This document shows positions 18,424-27,898 of a stretch of DNA of 64,000 nt, one piece after another. Each line of letters begins with the position of its first letter. The first letter of the stretch is position 1. The position numbers and the translations under genes were made by a program. The stretch covers positions 262,945 to 326,944 of the forward strand of contig JBAZKQ010000001.1 in assembly GCA_041650715.1 (NCBI GenBank), given 5' to 3'. A model generated the notes under the pieces. That model did no database searches. It was given only the letters and a program-made list of their open reading frames with translations, and was not told where the DNA came from. The DNA comes from Patescibacteria group bacterium (GTDB lineage: Bacteria; Patescibacteriota; Patescibacteriia; Patescibacteriales; UBA12465).

Positions 18424-18484
18424 AGTTTTTGTCGTGGTCAAGCGTTCGACGCCGGTTGGCGCGCGAACTCCCACAATTATTTAA
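18424..18484 (-). promoter_or_regulatory. GC-rich stem-loop in the rplK-rplA spacer (possible L1 autoregulatory site)
   Basis: Minus-strand RNA GUGG-GA-GUUCG-CG-CGCC-AACC-GGCG-U-CGAAC-GCUUGA-CCAC. It is much GC-richer than other spacers in the window. Confidence 0.35.
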
Positions 18485-18907
18485 TTATTTAATATCGACA
18501 CCCATTTGACGCGCTGTACCGGCAATAATGCTCTTTGCCGCTTCCAAATCGTTAGCGTTTAAATCAGGCATCTTGGTTTTAGCAATTTCTTCAAGTTGAG
18601 CCTTGGTAATCGAACCGACTTTTTCGGTTAACGGTTTGCCTGACCCTTTCTTAATACCAGCCGCTTTCTTGATTAATTCTGAAGCCGGAGAGGTTTTAAG
18701 AATGAAATCATAACTTCTATCTTCATAAACGGTAATTTCGACGGGAATAATATCGCCCATCTTGTCTTTAGTTTTATCATTAAAACTCTTACAAAATTCC
18801 GCGATATTCAAGCCGTGTTGGCCTAAGGCCGGACCGACTGGAGGGGCTGGGTTAGCTTGGCCGCCCGCAATCTGTAATTTAATCTTTGTCTTTATTTTTT
18901 TTGCCAT
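18485..18907 (-). CDS. rplK: 50S ribosomal protein L11
   Basis: [24 protein letters not shown] is the canonical L11 N-terminus. Confidence 0.95.
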   Translation of the reverse strand: MAKKIKTKIKLQIAGGQANPAPPVGPALGQHGLNIAEFCKSFNDKTKDKMGDIIPVEITVYEDRSYDFILKTSPASELIKKAAGIKKGSGKPLTEKVGSITKAQLEEIAKTKMPDLNANDLEAAKSIIAGTARQMGVDIK

Positions 18908-18954
18908 ATAATAATAATTTACTTAGAGCGTAGAAGCATCGCCCTGTTATTTCA

Positions 18955-19500
18955 TTAAACTTTTTTAATCTGTAAGAAATCGAGCTCAACCGGTGTTTCA
19001 CGTCCAAAGAGGGAAACGGAGACCTTAACCTTGCCTTTCGCCTCGTCGACAGCCGTCACTTTACCTTCCATATTCTTAAATGGTCCTTCGTTGATTCTAA
19101 CTGGGCTACCAATGACAACATCAATTTGGAACTTAGGATCTTCAACACCCATTCTTTTTTGAAGCGCCTTGACTTCGGCTTCGCCGATCGGCGTCGGAAT
19201 TGTTCCCGTGCCGATAAAGCCGGTGACATTAGGGGTGTTGCGGACGATATACCAAGATTCGTCGGTCACCATCATTTCTACCAATATATAGCCGGGAAAG
19301 ATTTTTTCTTCCACGACCTTGCGTTTGCCGTTTTTAATTTTAATCTTTTTTTCGGTCGGAATCAGAATATTGAAAATTTTGTCCTCCATGTCGAGAGATT
19401 CGACTCTTTGTTTAAGATTCTGAGCGACATTTTCTTCGTAGCCGGAATAAGTGTGAATGACGTACCAACGTCGGCCTTGATTTAATAATTGCTTGGCCAT
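18955..19500 (-). CDS. nusG: transcription termination/antitermination factor NusG
   Basis: WYVIHTYSGYE NGN start, FPGYILVEM, and a KOW motif G..V.I..GPF....G.V. Confidence 0.95.
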   Translation of the reverse strand: MAKQLLNQGRRWYVIHTYSGYEENVAQNLKQRVESLDMEDKIFNILIPTEKKIKIKNGKRKVVEEKIFPGYILVEMMVTDESWYIVRNTPNVTGFIGTGTIPTPIGEAEVKALQKRMGVEDPKFQIDVVIGSPVRINEGPFKNMEGKVTAVDEAKGKVKVSVSLFGRETPVELDFLQIKKV

Positions 19501-19534
19501 AAATTTGTGATAAATTTAAGAACGATTAATTGTT

Positions 19535-19720
19535 TTATTTAGTGATAAAAAGTTGGAAGCCAACCTGAAAAATATAGTCCAAAAGCCCGAGAAAAAGGGC
19601 GACTCCGACGCTAATCCCGATTACCAGGACCGTATAATTGCGAGTCTCTTTTTGCGTCGGCCAGGTGACTTTTTTCATCTCCATGACTGAATCCTTGATG
19701 TAAGTGATTAATGAGTTCAT
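19535..19720 (-). CDS. secE: preprotein translocase subunit SecE
   Basis: 61 aa. EMKKVTWPTQKETRNYTVLVI plus a single TM helix. It sits in the conserved secE-nusG order. Confidence 0.85.
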   Translation of the reverse strand: MNSLITYIKDSVMEMKKVTWPTQKETRNYTVLVIGISVGVALFLGLLDYIFQVGFQLFITK

Positions 19721-19739
19721 ATTAATAAATTTGGTATTT

Positions 19740-19759
19740 AAAAATGACCTTTCCGGTCA
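19740..19759 (-). promoter_or_regulatory. hairpin plus U-run in the secE leader
   Basis: On the minus strand, UGACC-GGAAA-GGUCA followed by UUUUU, between the predicted TSS (~19771) and the secE ATG (19720). Confidence 0.3.
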
Positions 19760-19777
19760 CCTTATTTATCTGCTCTA

Positions 19778-19806
19778 ATCATACAAAATAGCGGCTCGCT
19801 TGTCAA
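19778..19806 (-). promoter_or_regulatory. sigma70-type promoter of the secE-nusG-rplK-rplA operon
   Basis: On the minus strand, TTGACA (19806-19801), 17 nt, then TATGAT (19783-19778). Confidence 0.5.
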
Positions 19807-19839
19807 GTCTATCTCCGCGGCCAAAGGGTAGGCGCGGGT

Positions 19840-19868
19840 TTGCCTTTTAAAAGCAAACACGATACAAT
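19840..19868 (+). promoter_or_regulatory. sigma70-type promoter of the 19912 gene
   Basis: TTGCCT (19840-19845), 17 nt, then TACAAT (19863-19868). The ORF-track TTG start coincides with the -35 element. Confidence 0.45.
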
Positions 19869-19911
19869 TATATTGGAAGAAATATTACAACAATATTTTA
19901 CATTTTTTCAT

Positions 19912-21639
19912 ATGGTTAGCCCAAATCTAATTAAAAGGGAAGAGGAAGCGCTACCGGTAACGGTTAATGAAAATACCAAGAAATTATTTCAGGTTATCTA
20001 TAGCGAACAAAATATTAAAGAAGAAAGCGATGATAATATCCCGAGAATAAAGGTTTCCACCCTCATCTCCCGCTTGGCCTTTTTTTATGAAAAAGTGCGT
20101 AATGCCGTTGACTATGAAGAAGAGCATCTTCTTCGTAAAAATGCCATTTCTCGCATTTTACGCCGCCAGGTCATGATTGAAGGCGTGGTTATGGTGACCG
20201 ATAGCGAAGGTATCGCCCGCCACCTTTTAGTGGAATTGATTAGAGCCAGTTATTTGCCGAACAATAAAATTCCGGAGACGAAAATTAGGGAAGTGGCTAA
20301 ACTGCTGGAAAAGTATATTCGCTTGAAGGACCAAATGGTCGCTAAGATAAATACCTCCTTAAACTTAAAAACTGACATCAACAAAGCAAAGGATTTGATA
20401 AATCAAAAGAATCACCTTGTCCGTTGGCTCCTAACTCTGGCGGCTTGTGAAATTGAAGAAAACTTAGCACCGAATCGCGAGAAGCAGATGATTGTCAATA
20501 ATTTATTCGATGTTTTGTCCGAAACCATTAAATTGCCGGAAGACTTGCCTTATGGCGACGATTTGGATATCCAAATCTATTTGAGCATCGGGCGCACTTA
20601 TTTGAAGTTAGATGAGGACATGCTGAGTTTTGTTTTGTTTAAATATTATAATAGCGACTGGATTAATTTGCACGATAAGGCAAATTTAAACGAAGCAGAC
20701 GATAAGAAGATAAAAGCGATTGCGCTTCGCATGAGCGAAATGGACGCTATTGTTAAGGCGCAACTCAATCATCCCCTAACTAAGCAATTAGATAAAGTTG
20801 TTCATGTTTATTCGCTTTATTTCACGATTTTGGCGGAAACAATCGAGAGCGACCCGACTAAAGTGTACGGAGAATTGCAAAAAAGTGAAAAGAATTTCAT
20901 TGCGGTCATTAAAAAAACCTGCAATAGCAAATATAAAAAAGCGGGCAGCCGCCTGTGGCGTGCGGCCCTGCGCAGTATTATATATATTTTCCTGACCAAA
21001 TCTATTTTTGTACTCGCTATTGAAATACCGGCCATTCACTGGTTCGGCGAACCGCTTAACCCCGTTGCCTTGGCGATCAATATTTGTTTCCCCGCCGTTT
21101 TGCTGTTTGTTATCGTGTTTTTTACGCGATCACCTAATGAACGCAACACCGCAAAAATCATTAACGGAATAAAAGAGATTGCTTTTAGCGGTCAAGAAAA
21201 AAAGCAACCGATTGAGCTTCGTAAGCCTAATCGCCGCCATTTGCTGACCGCGGCCGCTTTTAATTTAATTTATATCGCTTCCTTTTTTGTTTCCATATAT
21301 TTGATTATCCGCTTCTTAACCTTCATTAATTTTAACTGGGTCAGTATAACTATTTTCTTGTTCTTCCTGGCCTTTGTCAGTTTCTTTAGCATCATCACGA
21401 CTAAAGGTATTAAGGATTTGATTATTGTCGAGCGTCGGGAAAATTTATTTACTTTCATTGTCGATCTTTTTTACATGCCGATTATCCTGGTCGGCAAATG
21501 GCTATCCAGCAATATTTCGAAAATTAATATATTTATCTTTATTTTCGACTTTATTCTCGAAGCGCCGTTTAAGATTTTGGTAGAGATTGCCGATGATTGG
21601 ACGAAATATGTCCGCGAAAGACGCGAAAACATGGAATAA
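19912..21639 (+). CDS. large membrane protein, unknown function (helical N-terminal domain of ~350 aa plus ~6 C-terminal TM helices)
   Basis: ORF track (19840..21639). I moved the start to the first ATG downstream of the promoter. I recognised no catalytic motif. Confidence 0.5.
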   Translation: MVSPNLIKREEEALPVTVNENTKKLFQVIYSEQNIKEESDDNIPRIKVSTLISRLAFFYEKVRNAVDYEEEHLLRKNAISRILRRQVMIEGVVMVTDSEGIARHLLVELIRASYLPNNKIPETKIREVAKLLEKYIRLKDQMVAKINTSLNLKTDINKAKDLINQKNHLVRWLLTLAACEIEENLAPNREKQMIVNNLFDVLSETIKLPEDLPYGDDLDIQIYLSIGRTYLKLDEDMLSFVLFKYYNSDWINLHDKANLNEADDKKIKAIALRMSEMDAIVKAQLNHPLTKQLDKVVHVYSLYFTILAETIESDPTKVYGELQKSEKNFIAVIKKTCNSKYKKAGSRLWRAALRSIIYIFLTKSIFVLAIEIPAIHWFGEPLNPVALAINICFPAVLLFVIVFFTRSPNERNTAKIINGIKEIAFSGQEKKQPIELRKPNRRHLLTAAAFNLIYIASFFVSIYLIIRFLTFINFNWVSITIFLFFLAFVSFFSIITTKGIKDLIIVERRENLFTFIVDLFYMPIILVGKWLSSNISKINIFIFIFDFILEAPFKILVEIADDWTKYVRERRENME

Positions 21640-21643
21640 TATT

Positions 21644-22330
21644 ATGAGTATATTACGTATAGTCGCAACGCCAATCGGCAATTTGGAAGATTTAACTTTT
21701 CGCGCCCTCCGAACGCTTAAGGAGGTTGATTATATTCTTTGCGAGGATACGCGGGTAACCCGAAAATTACTGGATGCCTATGAAGTAAAAACACCGACGA
21801 TTTCTTATCATCAGCATTCGGGCGATTTGAAAGTGGATAAGATTTTTAATCTGCTTCGTGACGGAAAAAATTTAGCGCTGGTGACCGACGCGGGCACGCC
21901 GGGGATATCTGATCCCGGCGGAAAACTGGTTAGCGCGGTTCGCGAAGAATTTGGCGATCAGGTTTTAGTGGAAAGCGTCCCCGGAGTTTCGGCCCTGGCG
22001 ACCGGTATTTCTATTGCCGGAGCCGGTTTTGATCGTTTCCTTTTTTTGGGATTTTTGCCGCATAAAAAAGGACGACAGACCATGCTTAAAGAAATTATGG
22101 CCAGTGCGCACCCGGTAGTTGTTTATGAGTCAAAGCACCGGATTATTAAATTTTTGGAAGAATTCGAAAAGATGCGCGGCGACCGGGAATTTAAAGTCAT
22201 GGTGGCACGCGAACTGACAAAAATGCATGAATCTTTTTATGCGGGTACTGCCGCCAGTGTCCTGGCGGATATTATTTCAGACCCCAATAATCTAAAAGGT
22301 GAATTCGTCGTTTTAATAAAAAAATTATAA
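21644..22330 (+). CDS. rsmI: 16S rRNA (cytidine1402-2'-O)-methyltransferase
   Basis: LRIVATPIGNLEDLTFRALRTLKEVDYILCEDTR and DAGTPGISDPG. I chose ATG 21644 to remove the overlap with the upstream gene. Confidence 0.9.
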   Translation: MSILRIVATPIGNLEDLTFRALRTLKEVDYILCEDTRVTRKLLDAYEVKTPTISYHQHSGDLKVDKIFNLLRDGKNLALVTDAGTPGISDPGGKLVSAVREEFGDQVLVESVPGVSALATGISIAGAGFDRFLFLGFLPHKKGRQTMLKEIMASAHPVVVYESKHRIIKFLEEFEKMRGDREFKVMVARELTKMHESFYAGTAASVLADIISDPNNLKGEFVVLIKKL

Positions 22331-22332
22331 CT

Positions 22333-23775
22333 ATGCCGGAAAATAAATATTTTTACATCACAACAACTCTGCCTTACATCAATTCCGAACCGCATATTGG
22401 TTTTGCGGCGGAAATTATTCGCGCCGATCTGATTGCGCGTTATCAGGCGCAACGCGGGGCGCAGGTATTTTTTAATACCGGTACAGATGAGCATGGTTTA
22501 AAAATTTATCAGAAAGCGAAAGAACAAAATTTAGATATCCAAGAGTACTGTGATATTTATTCGGCTAAATTTTTGCCGCTTAAGGAAAAATTAAATCTTT
22601 CCTATAATAAATTTATCCGAACTACCGATCACGCCCACGAAGCGGCGGCTCAGGAATTTTGGCGGCGCTGCGACGCCAGCGGCGATATTTATAAAAAAAG
22701 CTATCAGGTGAAATATTGCGTGGGCTGTGAAATGGAAAAAACCGATTCGGATCTGGTTAACGGTCATTGCCCCTTGCACCCGAATCAAGAGCTCGAGATT
22801 ATTAATGAGGAAAATTATTTTTTCCGTTTTTCTAAATATCAGGAGAAATTATTAGAGTTATATAAAAATAACCCCGATTTTGTTATTCCGGCCAGTCGGC
22901 AAAAGGAAATTGTTACCTTTGTCTCATCCGGACTGCAGGATTTTAGTATTTCGCGCCTAAAAGAAAAAATGCCTCATGGCGTTTCCGTTCCGGGAGATGA
23001 GACTCAGGTGATGTATGTTTGGTTTGATGCGCTGGTTAATTATATTTCGACTTTAGGTTGGCCGGAAGCGTCTAATGATTTTAAAAATTATTGGCCGGGA
23101 GTTCAGGTTTGCGGCAAAGATAATCTACGGCCGCAAACGGCGATGTGGCAAGCGATGCTCATGTCGGCCGGGGTCGTTAATTCTAAACAGGTTTTGGTTT
23201 TTGGTTTTTTAACTGTTGAGGGTCAAAAAATAAGTAAGAGTTTGGGCAATACCGTTAATCCTTATGAGCTAGCCGATAAATACGGCGCCGACGCGGTGCG
23301 TTATTATCTTTTATCGGAGATTACGCCTTTTGAAGACGGAGATTACAGTGAAGAAAAATTTCGGGCTCGCTATAACTCTGATTTAGCTAATGGTTTAGGA
23401 AACTTAGTGGCGCGCGTTTCAAATCTTTTGGAAAAAAATGAGATTATAACAAATTTAGAAATTAAGCTTGATGATGCCGACTTTAGCGCTGCCAACAAGA
23501 GTTTTGCGGAGAGCTTTAAAGCTTACCGCTTTAATGAAGCCCTGCAGATTATTGGCGAAAAAATCAAGGCCTGTGATGAAAAACTGAGTCAAACGACGCC
23601 TTGGAAAATGACGGAGAAGAAAGAAATAGAACTTGTTTTGCGACCCATTGCCCAAAATATTTTAAATATTGCCTATTTGCTGGAGCCCTTTATACCGGCG
23701 TCGGCGGCGGCAATCCAGGCGCAGTTTTTGGCGCCGAGAATTAAAAAGGGCGAGCCCCTTTTTCCGCGTTTATAA
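22333..23775 (+). CDS. metG: methionyl-tRNA synthetase (short form)
   Basis: TTLPYINSEPHIGF (HIGH), a Zn knuckle CVGCE...CPLH and KISKSLGN (KMSKS). Confidence 0.93.
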   Translation: MPENKYFYITTTLPYINSEPHIGFAAEIIRADLIARYQAQRGAQVFFNTGTDEHGLKIYQKAKEQNLDIQEYCDIYSAKFLPLKEKLNLSYNKFIRTTDHAHEAAAQEFWRRCDASGDIYKKSYQVKYCVGCEMEKTDSDLVNGHCPLHPNQELEIINEENYFFRFSKYQEKLLELYKNNPDFVIPASRQKEIVTFVSSGLQDFSISRLKEKMPHGVSVPGDETQVMYVWFDALVNYISTLGWPEASNDFKNYWPGVQVCGKDNLRPQTAMWQAMLMSAGVVNSKQVLVFGFLTVEGQKISKSLGNTVNPYELADKYGADAVRYYLLSEITPFEDGDYSEEKFRARYNSDLANGLGNLVARVSNLLEKNEIITNLEIKLDDADFSAANKSFAESFKAYRFNEALQIIGEKIKACDEKLSQTTPWKMTEKKEIELVLRPIAQNILNIAYLLEPFIPASAAAIQAQFLAPRIKKGEPLFPRL

Positions 23776-23787
23776 TTAAAAAATAAT

Positions 23788-24303
23788 ATGTCTATCTTCG
23801 ATATTAGTCTGATTATAATTCTTTTTATCTTTGTCGTTAACGGCCTATTTAAGGGTTTAATCAGATTACTCGGCCATGTCATCGGTTTAATTATTGGCGC
23901 TTATATTGCCAGTCATTATTATTTATTATTGTTTTCTTGGTGGGGAAAAATATTTAACGACCACGTCGCCATCGGCAAAGTGATTTCTTTTATCGTTTTA
24001 TTTGTCGTTGTTAGCCGCTTGCTGGACCTGGCCTTTAAGCTCGTAGAAAAATTATTTAATTTAATCGCTATAATTCCGGGCAGCAAGTATATCAATAATA
24101 TTGCGGGCGCCGTTCTTGGGTTTTTAGAGGGCTCCTTATTTTTAGGCTTGATCCTCTTTGTAATTTCCCGCTATTCTTTAATCGGAAATTTCTTGGGCGA
24201 GGAGCTCACAACTTCGGTTGTTACCCCATTTTTGCTTAAAATTGTAAACATAATTTTACCGATATTACCTGATGCGCTCAAAGCACTTCAATCCGTCATT
24301 TAA
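23788..24303 (+). CDS. cvpA: CvpA family membrane protein
   Basis: The N-terminus FDISLIIILFIFVVNGLFKGLIR and a 4-TM layout are typical of CvpA. Confidence 0.75.
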   Translation: MSIFDISLIIILFIFVVNGLFKGLIRLLGHVIGLIIGAYIASHYYLLLFSWWGKIFNDHVAIGKVISFIVLFVVVSRLLDLAFKLVEKLFNLIAIIPGSKYINNIAGAVLGFLEGSLFLGLILFVISRYSLIGNFLGEELTTSVVTPFLLKIVNIILPILPDALKALQSVI

Positions 24304-24313
24304 TTTTTTGCTC

Positions 24314-24922
24314 ATGACTCACATTAAAATCAATCCCAAAATAATCAAACCGGCCATCGCTAATCTCGTAGCCGGTTCTTTGGAAATTGGGCAAGTGCTT
24401 ATTTTGCCGACGGACACGATTTATGGTTTGAGTTGCCTGGCAACTGATCGCCGAGCGATAAAAAAAATTTATCATTTAAAAAAAAGAGATCCCAATAAGC
24501 CTATTTTGATTTTGGTCGGTGATGTAAAAATGGCCAAAAAATATGTCTATATTTCGGCCGCTCAAGAAAGAGAGTTAAAGAAACTATGGGCGACAAAAGA
24601 AAGGCCTACCACCGTAATTTTAAAAAATCGGCGAAAATTACCGAACGAATTAACGCGCGGCTCCGATGGCCTGGGCTTGCGTTTGCCTAAAAGTAAATTT
24701 TTAATTAAAATAATAAAGATAGTTAAATGTCCGCTCGTTTCGACAAGCTTAAATTTTAGTGGCCAGAAAACTATGGGCGACCTGAGTCGTCTGCGCTATT
24801 ATTTTCCTAAAAAAAATACCCGGCCCGATTTGGTTATCGACGCCGGAGCGTCACCGCGGCGGCGGCCATCCCGCATCATTGATTTACGGGATGCGAAAGC
24901 GCCGATAATTATTAGAAAATAA
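24314..24922 (+). CDS. tsaC: L-threonylcarbamoyladenylate synthase (YrdC/TsaC type)
   Basis: LPTDTIYGLSC and STSLNFSGQ motifs. I chose ATG 24314 because track start 24272 overlaps cvpA. Confidence 0.85.
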   Translation: MTHIKINPKIIKPAIANLVAGSLEIGQVLILPTDTIYGLSCLATDRRAIKKIYHLKKRDPNKPILILVGDVKMAKKYVYISAAQERELKKLWATKERPTTVILKNRRKLPNELTRGSDGLGLRLPKSKFLIKIIKIVKCPLVSTSLNFSGQKTMGDLSRLRYYFPKKNTRPDLVIDAGASPRRRPSRIIDLRDAKAPIIIRK

Positions 24923-24932
24923 ACATAAATAT

Positions 24933-26180
24933 ATGAAAATAAATCGTGAACTTTTACGAAAAGCAGTTCCGGGTTTAATTTTAGTGCTCGTACTGGGCGC
25001 TGCCTTTTGGGGAGGATTTTATGCCGGGCAAAAAAATGATATCAGCGCGCGCAACAAATCGCGGGCGATTGCTTATACGGAACAGGCGAATGGTGCCGCC
25101 ACTGTTAATCCCGAAGATACTTTTGATTTTAATTTATATTGGGAAGTTTGGGATACTTTGAAGCAAAATTACGTTGATAAGATAAAGATTAAAGATAAGG
25201 ATCTCTTTTACGGATCCTTGAAAGGTTTAGCGGCTTCGGTCGGCGATCCTTATACTGTTTTTATGGATCCCAAAGAAGCGCAGGAATTCACTAATGACTT
25301 GGCCGGGACCTTCGAAGGCATCGGAGCTGAAGTCGGTATGCGCAATGATATTGTGACCATAATTGCTCCGCTCGACGGGATGCCAGCTCAGAAAGCGGGT
25401 CTGCGCGCCGGCGATAAGGTATATGCGATTGATGGAACTTCAACCATCGGCATGACTGTTGATCAGGCGGTCAAAGCGATTCGCGGCCAGAAAGGAACTA
25501 AAGTCGTGCTGACCGTTATTCGCAACGCCGGAGAAAAAGCTTTAGACATTACCATTACGCGCGATGTTATTTTTGTGAAAAGCGTGAAGACGGAAATGCG
25601 CAGTGATGGCATCTTCGTGATTCGGGTAACAAATTTTAATGACGACACGCTTGGTCTTTTTAATTCGGCTGTTGACGAGGCACTGGCTAAAAAACCAAAA
25701 GGCATAATTTTAGATTTAAGAAATAATCCGGGCGGATATCTTGATACGGCGGTGGCGATGGCCTCGGAATGGGTTGAAGCCGGTCCGGTCGTAGTGGAAC
25801 AATTCGGTGAAAATAAAAGGAATGAATATCCGTCTAATGGACGAGCCCGTTTAAAGAATTTCCCAACAGTGGTGCTGGTTAATGGCGGTAGTGCGTCAGC
25901 CTCCGAAATTTTGGCGGGCGCTTTACGTGACTATAAAAAAGCCAGTCTGGTCGGCGAACAAACTTACGGTAAGGGTTCCGTACAAACTTTAAAGCAAATG
26001 AGCGACGGTTCGGAGCTGAAGGTAACGATTGCGAAATGGCTAACACCGGGTGGCGATTTCATTAATGAAAAGGGCTTAACGCCGACGATTGAAGTTAAAT
26101 TACAGCAAAGTGATATCGATAAAAATATCGATCCTCAGCTAAATAAAGCTTTGGAGCTTTTAAAGCCAAAAACTAAGTAA
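24933..26180 (+). CDS. S41 family carboxyl-terminal processing peptidase
   Basis: N-terminal TM helix, PDZ region (GLRAGDKVYAIDG), LDLRNNPGG and GGSASASEILAGALRD. Confidence 0.9.
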   Translation: MKINRELLRKAVPGLILVLVLGAAFWGGFYAGQKNDISARNKSRAIAYTEQANGAATVNPEDTFDFNLYWEVWDTLKQNYVDKIKIKDKDLFYGSLKGLAASVGDPYTVFMDPKEAQEFTNDLAGTFEGIGAEVGMRNDIVTIIAPLDGMPAQKAGLRAGDKVYAIDGTSTIGMTVDQAVKAIRGQKGTKVVLTVIRNAGEKALDITITRDVIFVKSVKTEMRSDGIFVIRVTNFNDDTLGLFNSAVDEALAKKPKGIILDLRNNPGGYLDTAVAMASEWVEAGPVVVEQFGENKRNEYPSNGRARLKNFPTVVLVNGGSASASEILAGALRDYKKASLVGEQTYGKGSVQTLKQMSDGSELKVTIAKWLTPGGDFINEKGLTPTIEVKLQQSDIDKNIDPQLNKALELLKPKTK

Positions 26181-26196
26181 TATTTAATGTCTTTCT

Positions 26197-27879
26197 ATGC
26201 CTTTAAGCAAAAAAACTGCCAGTAAATCAAAAAAAGAAAAAGCCAGCACCAAATATATATTCGTCGTTGGCGGGGTAATGTCCGGTGTCGGGAAGGGAGT
26301 AACGACCGCTTCAATCGGTCAAATTCTTCAGGCGCGCGGCTATAATGTCAGTGCGATAAAAATGGACCCCTATATCAATGTGGATGCCGGTACGATGAAT
26401 CCGATTGAGCATGGTGAGGTCTTTGTTACAGAGGACGCTGATGAAACAGATCAGGATATTGGTAATTATGAAAGATTTTTGAATAAAAATATTTACCGGG
26501 AAAATTACATGACGACCGGTCGCGTCTATCAGACCGTTATTACGCGCGAGCGGAATCTCGAGTATAAAGGGAAGTGTGTTCAGGTGGTGCCGCATATACC
26601 GGAAGAAATTCGGGACCGCATCAAAAAAGCGGTGGAAAAAACCGGTGCCGAAATAATGACTATTGAAATCGGCGGAACGGTGGGCGAATATGAAAATTTA
26701 TTATTTCTCGAGGCGGCGCGCGTCATGAAGCTCTATAATCCGAAAGATGTACTTTTCGTGATAGTTTCCTATCTACCGATACCGAATAAGATCGGCGAAA
26801 TGAAAACCAAGCCGACCCAGCACGCCATTCGTAATTTACAGGCTGCCGGAATTCAGCCGGATTTTGTGGTCGGACGCAGTGAGCGCCCGCTTGATCAGCA
26901 CCGGAAAGAAAAATTATCGATTAATTGCGGCGTGCCTACGGAGAATGTTATTTCCGCGCCGGACGTCGAGTCGATTTATGATATCCCGCTTAATTTTGAA
27001 AAGGAAAATTTGAGCCTGCGCATTTTAGAAAAGTTAGGCTTACCGTGCCGTAAAAAAATCAGTGATAATGAGGCCTGGAAAAAAATGGTGAGCGCCTCAA
27101 AAATTCAAAGCCCGGTAGTTAACATCGGGATCGTCGGAAAGTATTTTGCCAGTGGGGATTTTAGTTTAACCGACTCCTATATTTCTGTAATTGAAGCCGT
27201 TAAGCATGCAGCGGCTTATAACCGCTGTAAAGTTAAGCTGCATTGGCTCAGCGCCGAAGAGGTAGAAACGGAGGGGGCTAAAGTCTTTAAGAGTATGGAC
27301 GGAGTAATCGTTCCTCAAGGCTGGGGCGGACGGGGAGCGGAGGGTAAGATTAAGACGATAAAATATTGCCGCGAAAATAAGTTGCCATATTTCGGGCTTT
27401 GTTATGGTATGCAAATGGCGGTCATTGAATTCGCCCGTAACGTCGCTAATTTGAAGGATGCTAATTCTTCTGAAGTAAATCCGAAAACGACTAATCCGGT
27501 TATTCATATCATGCCCGGTCAGGAAAAATTAATCGCGGAAAAGGGATATGGCGGCACGATCCGTTTGGGTGGTTGGCCATGTAAATTAAAGTCCGGAACG
27601 CGTCTCGCTAAGGCCTATGAACGTTTTGGCGCTAATAAAACGGTAACGGAACGCCATCGCCATCGCTATGAATTCAACAACGATTACCGTGAGATATTTG
27701 AAAATCTCGGTTTAACCGTATCTGGTACGTCGCCAGATGGTAAAATTGTGGAAGCGGTTGAGATTGCGGATCACCCTTTCTTTGTCGGTGTCCAATTTCA
27801 TCCGGAATATATTTCCCGGCCGCTCGCACCGCATCCGTTATTTGTTGAATTTGTAAAAGTTTGTAAAAATAAAAAATAA
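26197..27879 (+). CDS. pyrG: CTP synthase
   Basis: KYIFVVGGVMSGVGKG, a GATase domain GLCYGMQ and HRHRYE. Confidence 0.95.
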   Translation: MPLSKKTASKSKKEKASTKYIFVVGGVMSGVGKGVTTASIGQILQARGYNVSAIKMDPYINVDAGTMNPIEHGEVFVTEDADETDQDIGNYERFLNKNIYRENYMTTGRVYQTVITRERNLEYKGKCVQVVPHIPEEIRDRIKKAVEKTGAEIMTIEIGGTVGEYENLLFLEAARVMKLYNPKDVLFVIVSYLPIPNKIGEMKTKPTQHAIRNLQAAGIQPDFVVGRSERPLDQHRKEKLSINCGVPTENVISAPDVESIYDIPLNFEKENLSLRILEKLGLPCRKKISDNEAWKKMVSASKIQSPVVNIGIVGKYFASGDFSLTDSYISVIEAVKHAAAYNRCKVKLHWLSAEEVETEGAKVFKSMDGVIVPQGWGGRGAEGKIKTIKYCRENKLPYFGLCYGMQMAVIEFARNVANLKDANSSEVNPKTTNPVIHIMPGQEKLIAEKGYGGTIRLGGWPCKLKSGTRLAKAYERFGANKTVTERHRHRYEFNNDYREIFENLGLTVSGTSPDGKIVEAVEIADHPFFVGVQFHPEYISRPLAPHPLFVEFVKVCKNKK

Positions 27880-27898
27880 TTCGCTAAGCTTCAAACCC

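Noticed and set aside
17834-19485. Antisense ORFs lie within ribosomal and NusG genes (17834..18235, 17995..18246, 19126..19485). Similar antisense ORFs occur elsewhere (for example 30491..30820, 35159..35617, 44031..44501, 47494..47805, 56263..56628, 12250..12558).
   Set aside because: Each is fully nested opposite a gene with strong family motifs. Their products are low-complexity and lack recognisable motifs, as expected for chance antisense ORFs.
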